Position numbers and translations under genes: made by a program. Positions 18,930-29,200 of a stretch of DNA of 64,000 nucleotides are shown one piece after another. The DNA is from Bacteroidia bacterium (GTDB taxonomy: Bacteria > Bacteroidota > Bacteroidia > DATLTG01): contig JBDTAC010000054.1 in the NCBI GenBank assembly GCA_039924845.1, positions 41,308-105,307 on the forward strand, given 5' to 3'. Under the pieces are notes generated by a model. That model saw only the letters and a list, made by a program, of their open reading frames with translations, had not been told where the DNA came from and did no database searches. Position 1 is the first letter of the stretch; the number at the start of each line of letters is the position of its first letter.

Positions 18930-21773
18930 TTAACGATGACAAATCGTTTTGAAATCACAGTATTGACAAATTTCTAAATCTTCTGTTTGTTTAAACGGAA
19001 TTTCGGGATTGTAAATTTCTAAAAATAAATTTTTCAAAACCATTTCGAATTCATCCAATGTGTTTTTTTCAATGAATTTATTTTGCGCTACACTTACTGG
19101 TTTCAACCAAGCACTTAGCTGTCGAAAAGAAATTACGGCAGACTGAATTTTTTTATTTTCTTCTGGATTCGAATGTTGATACATCAAGGCATACATCAAT
19201 AATTGGAAACTTTTTGCAAACGTTATATTATTGCCAATTTCAGTCAAATTATCCATCCTCAATTCCTTGTCTTCCGCCTTTCCCGTTTTGTAATCAATAA
19301 TTCGCGTACATCCACCGACGCTATCAATTCGATCCGCAATTCCTTTTATTTTTATTTTTTTATTTTCCAGAAAAAGAGTTGCTTCAATTGATTTTTCAAG
19401 CGCTTGAATAAATAAAAATTGATTTTCATTTTCTTGTTTTTTGATATTCTCCAATTCTTTATTCAAAAAATCACGAATATATTTTTCAGCCATTTTTAAG
19501 GTGATGAAATTTTTTCCTTGTGCCAAATCTGTTGGATGATAATATTCGGAAAGTGCTTTAAATACAACAGATTCAACCTGTAATTTCATGTTTTTAATTT
19601 CGGATTCAGAAATTTTATTTCCGATATGTGGTGTATATAAAACTTGCAAAACCTTGTGGATAGCTGTTCCTAAGGTATCGGCTTCAATGGTTTCGGACAC
19701 TTCTTCCTCTTTTTTTAATCCTGCAATTAATTGAAAATAAAATTGCAGCGAACATCTTTTGTAAGTATTCAGGAGCGAAGGTGAAAATCCGGATTCTGCT
19801 TTTTTATCCAGCCTTTCAAGTATATCGACTGTTTTTTCTACAACGATTTTTTCTTCGGTTGAAAAATTATTTTTTGAAGTGTCTAACTTTCGTTCTTCAA
19901 TTTCTATTGCTTTACTTTTTTTGACCAATTCATACATCAATTGCGTAATAAACCTGCTTTTTTCGCCATTTCCAAACGTATCAGCTTCCGTGTTGTAAAG
20001 TAAATAAACCGTTTTAGCACGTTGTAAAAGTCGGTAAAAAAGATAAGCGTAAACGGCGTCTCGGTCTGCGTATGTTGGCAATCCGAATCTTTTTCGCAAA
20101 TCAAAAGGAATAAAAGAATTACTTGATTTTTTGGAAGGCAAAATATTTTCGTTTGCAGAAAGTAAAATGATTGTTTCGAAATCCAAGTTTCGAGTTTCCA
20201 GCATCCCCATTATTTGCAATCCTTTCAGCGGTTCTCCGTAAAATGGTAATTGGGTGGAGTTCACTGTTTGTCGAAATATAGTTTGTAAAGTTTTTGGTTC
20301 GTTTAAGAAAGAATATTTCTCACGTAAATTTTGTGTTTGAAAAATTATTTTTTTGAAGGCAGATAAAAACTCGGATTCCAAATTAACGCGTTCATTATTT
20401 TCTTTGTCATCAACAATTTCACTTGTTAATTCCACTAAATAATTCAAACAATTTAAAACATCAGAACCATTTTTCCATTCCTTAAAAAGAGGTTGTAAGG
20501 ATTGAAAATACTTTTTTTGATCGTCGTTTAATACTGCACTTATTTTTTCGACAGATATAAAAACAAAATTTTCTTTTTTGATTAAATCAATAATTGAATA
20601 ATGTGCCTCAATATTTTTTTTGCGAGCGCTAAAACTCTTTAAATACGGATGGCTTAGCAAATTTAAGACATCCTTAAAATAAAATTTTTCAGCACGCTTA
20701 AAAGTGATATCATGTAATTTAAAAATCAATTCGAACAAAGTATTAAACGATGTATTTTTAAGTGGATAACCCATCGTAATATTCACATCGCACACATTTT
20801 CAGGCAAGGAATTGAGTACCGGAAAAATTAAATTTTCGTCTGCCAATACCAATACTGTTTTTTCAAAATCTTGTTCGGAGAATGTTTTTTTTTCAGAGAG
20901 AATACCTCCTGCAATCTTTGCCTGTGCTACATTTTTCGGAACACCGAGCAATGTGATTTTTTTTGCTGTTTCTGACAATTGATTTTCTGAAAATAAAAAT
21001 TTCTCAGGATGAGTTTCGTAGCCAAACTTTTTTTTGTATTCGCGAATAAATTTTCCAGCTTCTTGCATTGGATCGTCGGTATAATAGGTGTCGACATCCC
21101 AAAAAAGTTCTCCTTTATTTGATTTTACAAGCGTTTCTATAATTTTTTCTTCCGCAGCATTGAAGGCATTAAATCCTGCAAAAATAAATTTGTGCGCGTT
21201 TTTACTTGTTATTTTTTGCGTAATATTTTCGGCAACAACTCGATATGCTAAGCCTTTGTACGCTTTATTTTGTTGAAGTAAATTTAGTTTCAATGCTTCG
21301 TAATACTTCCCAAAATCCTCCCAGAAAAAACTGTATTTTTTTTGCATTTCCGTTAGCGAATCAGCACCAAAACTCCAGTTTTCAATTTCTTTTACATCGG
21401 ATAAATTTTGAAAAAGTTTTTGTGTATCCGCTAAATACGTATCAATTTCACTAAAGTCTTGAAGTAAAATTCCTGCCCATTTACTGTAATTTTCAAAGGA
21501 TTCAAAATTCTTTTTTTTGAGTGTTTTGTGGATGAGGTATAATTCAGAAAGCAATTCGGTTGTATCAATGATTTGAAGCGATGAAAGCTCTAAAATAAGA
21601 TCTTCTGAAGAACTAATTTCGGGTAACCAAGCAGTTTTTTGGAGGATTTTTGCCAATTCATTTTTGAAAAATAATCCAGCTCTTTTATTCGGAAAAACAA
21701 TGTATAATTCATTTAGCTTTTCTGCATATTGCTCGTGTAAATGTTGCGCTAATTTTTGTAAAAAACTTTCCAT
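18930..21773 (-). CDS. PD-(D/E)XK nuclease superfamily protein, AddB-like (degenerate helicase fold plus RecB-type nuclease with C-terminal Cys cluster)
   Basis: 947 aa. The C-terminal nuclease motifs are ...RIDSVGGCTRIIDYKTGK... and a terminal ICQYCDFKTICHR cysteine cluster, as in AddB/RecB-family iron-sulfur nucleases. There is no Walker A in the N-terminal part. Confidence 0.65.
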   Translation of the reverse strand: MESFLQKLAQHLHEQYAEKLNELYIVFPNKRAGLFFKNELAKILQKTAWLPEISSSEDLILELSSLQIIDTTELLSELYLIHKTLKKKNFESFENYSKWAGILLQDFSEIDTYLADTQKLFQNLSDVKEIENWSFGADSLTEMQKKYSFFWEDFGKYYEALKLNLLQQNKAYKGLAYRVVAENITQKITSKNAHKFIFAGFNAFNAAEEKIIETLVKSNKGELFWDVDTYYTDDPMQEAGKFIREYKKKFGYETHPEKFLFSENQLSETAKKITLLGVPKNVAQAKIAGGILSEKKTFSEQDFEKTVLVLADENLIFPVLNSLPENVCDVNITMGYPLKNTSFNTLFELIFKLHDITFKRAEKFYFKDVLNLLSHPYLKSFSARKKNIEAHYSIIDLIKKENFVFISVEKISAVLNDDQKKYFQSLQPLFKEWKNGSDVLNCLNYLVELTSEIVDDKENNERVNLESEFLSAFKKIIFQTQNLREKYSFLNEPKTLQTIFRQTVNSTQLPFYGEPLKGLQIMGMLETRNLDFETIILLSANENILPSKKSSNSFIPFDLRKRFGLPTYADRDAVYAYLFYRLLQRAKTVYLLYNTEADTFGNGEKSRFITQLMYELVKKSKAIEIEERKLDTSKNNFSTEEKIVVEKTVDILERLDKKAESGFSPSLLNTYKRCSLQFYFQLIAGLKKEEEVSETIEADTLGTAIHKVLQVLYTPHIGNKISESEIKNMKLQVESVVFKALSEYYHPTDLAQGKNFITLKMAEKYIRDFLNKELENIKKQENENQFLFIQALEKSIEATLFLENKKIKIKGIADRIDSVGGCTRIIDYKTGKAEDKELRMDNLTEIGNNITFAKSFQLLMYALMYQHSNPEENKKIQSAVISFRQLSAWLKPVSVAQNKFIEKNTLDEFEMVLKNLFLEIYNPEIPFKQTEDLEICQYCDFKTICHR

Positions 21774-21820
21774 TCCGAAAAAAATATTTTTGATAAATTT
21801 AGCGTTTATTTGTAATACTT

Positions 21821-22072
21821 ATGGAAGCAAAACGCGAGATTACATATCCTCAATACCGAAAATATTTACACGGAAAAACATTTTTCAAAATCCATTCGGC
21901 AGATTATTTTGAGGAAATACAATGGATGGGAAGCCGCTGTACAGTCCATCAATTTCAAGCAAAAATTTTACCTGATCGAAATTTTATTTTCGACATGACT
22001 TTTGATTACGAAAAAAATTGGATAGAAATTTCGGAAGCAGAATATCTTTTGGCTAAAAGTAAATGTGGCTGA
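21821..22072 (+). CDS. Hypothetical small protein (83 aa)
   Basis: Intergenic ORF with no recognisable motifs, so its coding status is uncertain. Confidence 0.25.
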   Translation: MEAKREITYPQYRKYLHGKTFFKIHSADYFEEIQWMGSRCTVHQFQAKILPDRNFIFDMTFDYEKNWIEISEAEYLLAKSKCG

Positions 22073-22302
22073 TGTTGCTTTATCTTTTGAAAAAAATAAA
22101 TCCCAACACTACAAAAAATCCCCACAAGAAAAGTAAAATTACTAAGGAAAAACAACCTGTTATAGCCGTTTTGAAGAAACAACCTTGATATTGTTTTTTA
22201 TCTGTTCCTTCAATTTGTTGAATTGGTTTAATTTCGTTTTCTTCCATCGGCTCAAAGGTATTAATTATTTTCAGCAAGTTATTTTTAGACTGTTGTTAAA
22301 TA

Positions 22303-22335
22303 AAAAAACTCCTCTTTTTAGGGAGGAGTTTTGGA
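22303..22335 (-). terminator. Rho-independent terminator downstream of the M13 peptidase gene (minus strand)
   Basis: On the minus strand: aactcctc-cctaaaaa-gaggagtt followed by a run of 7 T. Confidence 0.6.
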
Positions 22336-22355
22336 GGTTCGAAAAAATATTTTTT

Positions 22356-24401
22356 CTACCAGATTTCTGCTCTGTCTGCATCTGTGCGATAAAGTGCATC
22401 GCCTGGTTTTATATCAAATGCTTTGTAAAATTCCGGCATATTTGATAATGGACCATTCACTCTAAATTTACTTGGCGAGTGTGGATTGGTTTTAATTTGT
22501 TGTTTCAAAGCTTCTGGACGAATATTGTTTCTCCAGCCTTGTGCCCATGAAATAAAGAAACGTTGATCGGGTGTAAAACCATCTATTGTTCCTTCCGGAT
22601 GTTCTTGCAATGCCTTTTGGAACGCATGATACGAAATTGTTAATCCACCTAAATCGGCAATGTTTTCACCCAAAGTGAGTGCGCCATTAACATGCATGCT
22701 GTCAATTGCAATATCATTGTCAAATTGTTTTACTAAAATATTTGTTTTCTTTTTAAATTTAATACTGTCCTCTTTTGTCCACCAGTTGTTCAAATTTCCT
22801 TGCGGATCATATTGGCAACCTTGGTCATCAAAACCATGTGTAATTTCGTGTCCGATGATAGCTCCCATAGCTCCATAATTCATTGCGTCATCGCGATTAG
22901 GATCGAAGAATGGTGGTTGCATAATTCCGGCAGGAAAAACAATTTCGTTCATCGAAGGATCGTAATAGGCATTGATGGTTGGAGGTGTCATACCCCATTC
23001 GGTGCGATCAACTGGTTTGCCTAATTTATTGGCATCGCGTTTAAACGCATACACATTGGCTCTCATGTCGTTTTCAACATAGGAATCTTTGGTAATATTG
23101 AGCGATGAATAATCTTTCCATTTATCAGGATAACCTAATTTACGCATGATAACATCTAATTTTGCAATGGCTTTCTTTTTCGTTACATCACTCATCCAAT
23201 CGCGAGAATTGATACGCTCTTTGTAGGTTGCAATTAAATTGTCCACCATTTCGTTGACACGCTTTTTAGCATCTGCAGTAAAATATTTTTCTACATACAA
23301 TTTACCTAATGCATCGCCCAAAGCGCCATCAGTAGAACCTAACACGCGTTTCCATCTGGGTTGCATTGTTTTAACTCCGTATAAAACTTTACCATAAAAA
23401 GCGAAGTTTACGGCTTCAATGCTATCGCTCAAATAACGTGCTTCACTGTGTAATAAATCGAAGCGCAAATAAGCTTTCCAGTCGTTTACAGGAACAGATT
23501 TAAACATGTTATTCAGTTCGGAATAAAAATTTACTTGGGCAACAATTACATTGTCTGCATTTTTTATATCAACAGCAGATAAGTATGCGTTCCAATCAAT
23601 ATTAGGTGTGAAAGCAATTAATTGTTGCAATGTCTTTTTATTGTATTGAGCTTCTACATCACGCATTTCTACACGTGTCATAGATGCTTTTGCAAGTTGT
23701 GTTTCTATTTTAATAACAGTTGCAGCTTCATTTTTGCAAGCTTCTGGTGTATCGCCCATTAAGCCAAACATTTTTTCTAAGTAAGCAGCATATTCTTTTA
23801 CCAAACCAGCAGCAGCAGGATTCAAATAATAGTCTCTGTCTGGCAAACCTAATCCGCCTTGATACAACTGAGTAATCATTTGATTGCTTGCTTTTGGATC
23901 TTGACCAACACCAAAATTAAACATGGTATTTACGCCATTCACTTGTTCTTGCGCAACTACTGTAATTAAATCTTTGGTGTTTTTGATGTTATCAATCATT
24001 GCAAACTCCTCTTTCAAAGGAGACATGCCGTCTTTATTTAATTTAACAGAATCCATTCCGCTGGCATAATAATCACCCAGTTTTTGTGCATCACTTCCCG
24101 GTTTGGTATTTTTATCAGCAGAAAGGCTGTCTAATATTTGATGAAGCTCTTTTTGGTTACGATTTTCCACTTCGTTAAAACTGCCCCAAGAAACTTCTGC
24201 GGCAGGAATGGGATTGTTTTTTAGCCAATTACCATTCACATAATCATAGAAATCGTTTTTGGGACTAATCGTCGTGTCGAAGTTAGCTTTCACAATTTCA
24301 TCTTTGTATTGATCGGATGAATCTGTGGTTTTAGAAGCATTGTTACAAGCTGCCAAACCTATGATGGCAGCGAGCATCAGGAAAGAATTTGTTTTGTTCA
24401 T
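22356..24401 (-). CDS. M13-family zinc metallopeptidase (neprilysin/PepO-like) lipoprotein
   Basis: Lipobox LAACNN, the HEITHGFD zinc motif, a downstream ENIADLGG motif, and the NAYY and GxMQPPFF motifs of M13 peptidases. Confidence 0.9.
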   Translation of the reverse strand: MNKTNSFLMLAAIIGLAACNNASKTTDSSDQYKDEIVKANFDTTISPKNDFYDYVNGNWLKNNPIPAAEVSWGSFNEVENRNQKELHQILDSLSADKNTKPGSDAQKLGDYYASGMDSVKLNKDGMSPLKEEFAMIDNIKNTKDLITVVAQEQVNGVNTMFNFGVGQDPKASNQMITQLYQGGLGLPDRDYYLNPAAAGLVKEYAAYLEKMFGLMGDTPEACKNEAATVIKIETQLAKASMTRVEMRDVEAQYNKKTLQQLIAFTPNIDWNAYLSAVDIKNADNVIVAQVNFYSELNNMFKSVPVNDWKAYLRFDLLHSEARYLSDSIEAVNFAFYGKVLYGVKTMQPRWKRVLGSTDGALGDALGKLYVEKYFTADAKKRVNEMVDNLIATYKERINSRDWMSDVTKKKAIAKLDVIMRKLGYPDKWKDYSSLNITKDSYVENDMRANVYAFKRDANKLGKPVDRTEWGMTPPTINAYYDPSMNEIVFPAGIMQPPFFDPNRDDAMNYGAMGAIIGHEITHGFDDQGCQYDPQGNLNNWWTKEDSIKFKKKTNILVKQFDNDIAIDSMHVNGALTLGENIADLGGLTISYHAFQKALQEHPEGTIDGFTPDQRFFISWAQGWRNNIRPEALKQQIKTNPHSPSKFRVNGPLSNMPEFYKAFDIKPGDALYRTDADRAEIW

Positions 24402-24575
24402 GGAGTTTTTTTGTTTTTTCAGGATGCAATTTAGTCAAAAAATAGTACCAAATACATTCTATTAAAAATGAATGAAAAAGAGATTCCGAAAATTAATTTT
24501 TCAAACCGCTCTTTCCTCCTCAATAATGGGTGTGCTTACAAGCAGGTGTATTGATAATAAAGGAAGCGTTCCTTA

Positions 24576-25575
24576 TCAGTGAAGGATTATAATTTTATCT
24601 GCTTTTACTAAATTGCCTTCGCCATCTGTTATCCTGTAATAATACAATCCCGAAGTTAAATTGTTAGTGGAAAGAGTAGTAATATTACCTGATAATTCCT
24701 CACATTCCACTGCTTGCCCGGTGGTATTATATAAACAAATACTTCCTGATTTCAGTTGTTGCATATCTACAGCTACATTCAATAAATTAGTTGCTGGGTT
24801 TGGATATACTTTAACACTCACCTTAACAGGCTTTATTTCATTTACTCCTGTAAATAAACTATCCGCATAAATGCTATCTGTACTCACAATCACATCATCT
24901 ATGTAGTAATAGGCGTTTGTCCAATTATTTGATGATGAAGCTGAAGAATTAACAAAAACGGTATCTACATGTGCATCATCCACAAAATTGCCAATCACAA
25001 TATATTGTTCTCCTCCTACTGCCACAAAACTGCCGTTAACTTTCATCCAATTTACTTTATCTGTTAGTGGATTATGTGCCGTATCATTGCTTATTTGTGG
25101 GCTATAGTTGATGACAGTATCGCTGGTGAAAACTGTATTAATACTTGAAAAATAAGCGCCTATATTATTGCAAGCATATTTTTCGTTATCCGCCAAACTG
25201 ACATAAAACGTAACATAATATCTTATTCCACCTATCAGTGGACCTATCAAACTATCCTGTATATAATCTCTATTCTCAGGATAAGTTATAAGATAGGTGT
25301 AAATACCGGCATAAGACACTCCTGTATGAGCATATTGGTACCCATATCCATTTGAAGGAACACTCACAATGGCATTACCCGTGCATTGAGTAAAGTAACT
25401 GGGTCCCCCCCCCTCCTCCAGTCCAATATTTGGTGTAGCCAAAAAATTGGTCTGAAGTTGATGGACATTGAAGTTGGTTTTCAAAAGAATAATTAGGCAC
25501 TAAATTTTGCGCTTTTGTTTTCACTGAAAAGGAAAACACACAAAAGTAAAAAGAAAGAAAAATTATTTTTCTCAT
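24576..25575 (-). pseudogene. T9SS C-terminal-domain secreted protein disrupted by a +1 frameshift at a G9 homopolymer (phase-OFF or homopolymer miscall)
   Basis: A signal-peptide-bearing 66-aa ORF (25375..25575) and a 302-aa ORF (24576..25484) carrying a T9SS CTD are in frames offset by 1 nt. They meet at ggaggaggggggggg (9 G on the coding strand, 25405-25413). Removing one G fuses them into ...YTKYWTGGGGGPSYFTQCTGNAIV.... Confidence 0.7.
25405..25413. repeat. G9/C9 homopolymeric tract inside a coding sequence
   Basis: cccccccc-c run on the plus strand, in a genome region that is otherwise strongly AT-rich. Confidence 0.9.
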
Positions 25576-25776
25576 AAGTGGTAAATGAGTACCAAAGATA
25601 TGATTTTTATGATGTTCATTTTAAACCTTAGCTGATTTCTTTCCAAAGAAGAAGGAAAAAGTTGCTCTTGCATTTGCTGTATCAAGTAGTGGATAGCGAT
25701 TTTCTGCCTGTTCAATTCTTTCTTTTCAATTTTAATCATTTTAAAGAGAACTTACCTATTATAGAGCTGTTAGCAT

Positions 25777-26000
25777 GACACTAAGAACTGTGAGTGAGGC
25801 ACTAAGAACTATAAGTAAGGCACTAAGAGCTGTGAGTAGGACACTAAGAACTCTTAGTATGACACTAAGAACTGTGAGTGAGGCACTAAGAACTGTTAGC
25901 ATGACACTAAGAGCTGTGAGGTAGACACTAAGAACTGTGAGTGAGGCAGTATGAATTGTGACTGAGGCAGTCTAAGCTATGAGTAGGACACTCACAACTC
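25777..26000. repeat. Imperfect 21-bp tandem repeat array (~11 units, consensus CACTAAGAACTGTGAGTGAGG)
   Basis: ctaaga recurs at 25780, 25802, 25823, 25844, 25865, 25886, 25907 and 25928 (period 21, first unit 22), with two or three further degenerate units. The array lies 200-430 bp upstream of the frameshifted T9SS gene start and downstream of the M1-like gene stop. Confidence 0.85.
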
Positions 26001-26222
26001 ATTTATTGACAGTTTGAGTATCCGTTTCCGTACCCGAAGTGTCGTCCGTGGTAGTTGAAGAAGTAATTTCTTTCTGAAAAAATATTCGAATCGTTTTCCA
26101 ACGCGCGGATTCTGAATCAAGTTCAGAATCACATTTGCGCTTGCATTTTCTTATTGGTACATCTGCACATTCTCAAATTTCCAAATCAATTCTCCATTCT
26201 AAATTTTCAATTCTGCATTAAG

Positions 26223-29200
26223 TTAAAACGCTCTTTCTACTGCAATGATCCATCTAAATTGAAAAAAGCCTTGATCAGTTGCCGGTGGATGATTCAAAAA
26301 CAAAGGCATATCAAAACGTATTGTCAAAGGATAAACTGTTTGTAAGGGTCCCCAACGTTGTATGGTAAGTGCTGTCCCTACACCTGCATCTGCACGTAAA
26401 TTGCCAAATGCAAGAGTGTTTTGAATTTCATTATCGTTGATAAATCCGGCATCTCCGAACAAATAAGTTGCCAAGTGAAAATAGTTTTTTAGAAAACGGG
26501 GATTGAATTTTACCACATTATTAAACTCTAATTCCGCATTTACAGCCGCACCAGAAGTGCCTTTATAGGTATAAACAATGTTGCCATTTTTATCCATTTC
26601 GGGCGCTAAATAATCCGCATAACCGCGTAAATTAAGTCCGCCACCAGCTTGGAACGGACCCATTGAAGAACCGAAACCTGCCATACTCTGAGAAAAAGCT
26701 CCCGCAGAACGCGTAAATTTATCGTCCATCATTTCTTCTGGATTGGCGCCTGCTAAATACAAAGCGGATTCATCGGGCGTATTGGTGCCCATGCCGTATT
26801 GTGCAATCAAACGCGTAAGCAATTTAAGTTTCCAAATGTTTTTTTTATTGATGTTGGTGATGTTCAAATTGCTGTAATTGTAATCGTTGGTGAGCGCGCT
26901 CGCTTTTAACTCGGCAATGATAGTTCCGCTGTATCCGTGCGTATTGTAGGTGTGTTCGATTCCGAAATTAAGGGTATTATTGAATTTCTGCACTTCCCAT
27001 TCTTGCGGATCTAAGAGGTAATTAAGCGAATATTCGCTTGGACGATACATTGTTTTAAAATAAACATACACGCGATTTTTTAAAGAATTATCTTTCTTCT
27101 CGAAACCTATTTTAGCGGCATTTAAACCATCCAATACTTTCGCAGATAAAAACACATCCGAATGCGGCATAAAGTTATCCGTAGCTGTTTTGTAAGAAAG
27201 TGTAAATGAAATTTTATCAAATTTATTGATACCGGAATCCGAAACTTGTCTTTGAAACATACCTGTATTAAACCAAAAAGTAGCATCAAAAACATGATAG
27301 TAATTGAGGTAATCTCCGTGTAAATGCAAGCCTGCTTTTAATCCATCGTAATTATTGTACCAGGCATCGGGGCGCGCTAAAAAAGTATATTTTGTCCAAT
27401 CGGGCGTGTTGTAAATTTTCGAATCAAAGGCGGATTTAACAGGCTTTTTATAACTGTTATCAAGCATGTAAACATCTGCTAAACGATGTGAAGGATCAAT
27501 TTGTACATCTGCAATTCCATTCGGAATAGTTACCGTTGCTTGATACGTTGGTTCTATTTTGGTTCCCCAGCCAATCCAATGTTTCAACACTATAGCTTTT
27601 GTTTTTTTAGTGAACCAAGTATTCGGAATGTAAAAATGAAAAACGCTGTCGTTGTTATTAATCACATCAAAATCAATCGGCATTTGCATTTCGCCTTTTC
27701 GTTTAAATGTGATAATATATTGATTCGGTGATTTCCCTTTTTTTACGGAAGATACCGCATAATCAATGGTTTTAGTAGTCGTCATCCATTCATCAAAAAA
27801 CCAATTCAAATCTACGTGCGTGTAATTAATAACCGAATTTCTGAAATCCATTAAATACGGATGACAAAATTTCCATTGATTAAAATAATGCTGCATTGCT
27901 TTTAAAAACAAACTGTCACCAAGCACATATTGCAAATTGTACAACATCGTAGCCGTTTTAAAATACACCTGACTGTATCCGCCGCCGTGAGCAACTGCGC
28001 CGTTAAAATCGTCCGAATGCGTATTGAGGGTTACTGGGAATCCGAAAATATTATTAAACATATACCCATTGTAAACATTGGTATTTCGAACCAATGTAGA
28101 ATCTCTATAACGATTTACATACGCTGATTTTTCAGGATTTTGAATGTCGTGTAAACCATCAATGTGTTCTAAGTCCCAGGAAGTCATAAACTGCGTAAAG
28201 CCTTCGTCTAAAGCCGCGCGGTAAGTTTCATTATTGGAAACCATTGCAAAAAACCAGTTATGACTGATTTCATGCGCCAACAAACTTCGATAACTCGGAT
28301 CAAAACCACCATCCAGCGTAAGCATCGGATATTCCATGCCATCGCGTGCATCCGCCACAATCATTTTCGGATACGCATACATTCCAATACTTTCCGAATT
28401 TGTTTGAATTACTTTTGCCGTAAATTCAGCTGCATTTTGCCAGCCCGAAGCGTGTTGTTCCTGTGCTAACGCGATGCATTTAATTCCGTGCCAATCGACT
28501 TCTCCAATACGAAAAGTTGGATCCGCAACAAGCGCAAAATCAAAAACATTTTCTGCATGAAATTTCCACGTTTTATAAGTTCCATCCGGTTTTATGATTT
28601 CAGATGGCGCAGATTCCCACGGTTTATCTTTAAAATTTTTGATATCCAACTTTTCGCGTAAATCGCCTGGATACATTTCTTTTTCGTTTAACAATGTTCC
28701 CGTTGCACCCACAATATAATTATTCGGGAAAGAAATTTCTGCATCAAACGTTCCGAAATCACCGTAAAATTCGTGTCCGAGATGCTGATCTGTTTGCCAA
28801 CCAAATTTACGATCGTACACCGCAATACGCGGATACCAATGCACTAAATCGTATTGTTTGTAACCAAAAGCATTGAAACTTTTCATTCGGCGACGCATTG
28901 TTCCGTGATCGAAATACGTTTTAAATTCAATGTGAAAAGTAACCGATCCGCCTGTTTTTAAAGGCGTTAAAAGCAATGCCTTCATAATCGTATTGTCTGT
29001 TTCTGTTTTTAATTCGATTCCGTTTATCGTAATTTTTGAAACAACCAATCCTAATTTTTCTTTTTCATAACGACCGAAAGAAAGCTTCTGACCATTGTTT
29101 TTAGATAGATTGGCATAATAGGAATTCGGCTGAAAAGCATCTTGATACAAATGAAAAAAAACGAAAGCCAAGGTATCGGGCGAATTATTCCAATACGTTA

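Noticed and set aside
480-22360. The A6-7-TAT-T6-7 palindrome interpreted as a mobile element or MITE
   Set aside because: Most copies coincide with translation starts and encode M-K-K-(I/Y)-F-F signal-peptide N-termini (e.g. 18871-18884, 29413-29426, 521-541, 1481-1504) and have no terminal inverted repeats or target duplications. Only the longer GGTTC-flanked intergenic variant is reported as a finding.
25375-25575. 66-aa ORF called as an independent small secreted protein
   Set aside because: It is the N-terminal fragment of the T9SS gene. A single-G change fuses it in frame to the 302-aa ORF.
25793-25924. Heptad-periodic open reading frame through the 21-bp repeats (VRQLRTISKALRAVSRTLRTLSMTLRTVSEALRTVSMTLRAVR), which looks like a coiled-coil peptide
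   Set aside because: The frame is broken by the 22-nt first unit, so the only upstream ATG (25774) hits a stop after 15 codons. The open frame has no ATG until 25859, which leaves a 21-aa peptide. Periodic openness is an automatic property of a 21-bp (7-codon) repeat, so it is kept only as a remote possibility.
25777-26000. Possible CRISPR array
   Set aside because: The units are directly abutting degenerate copies with no unique spacers, at 21-bp period, and there are no cas genes in the window.
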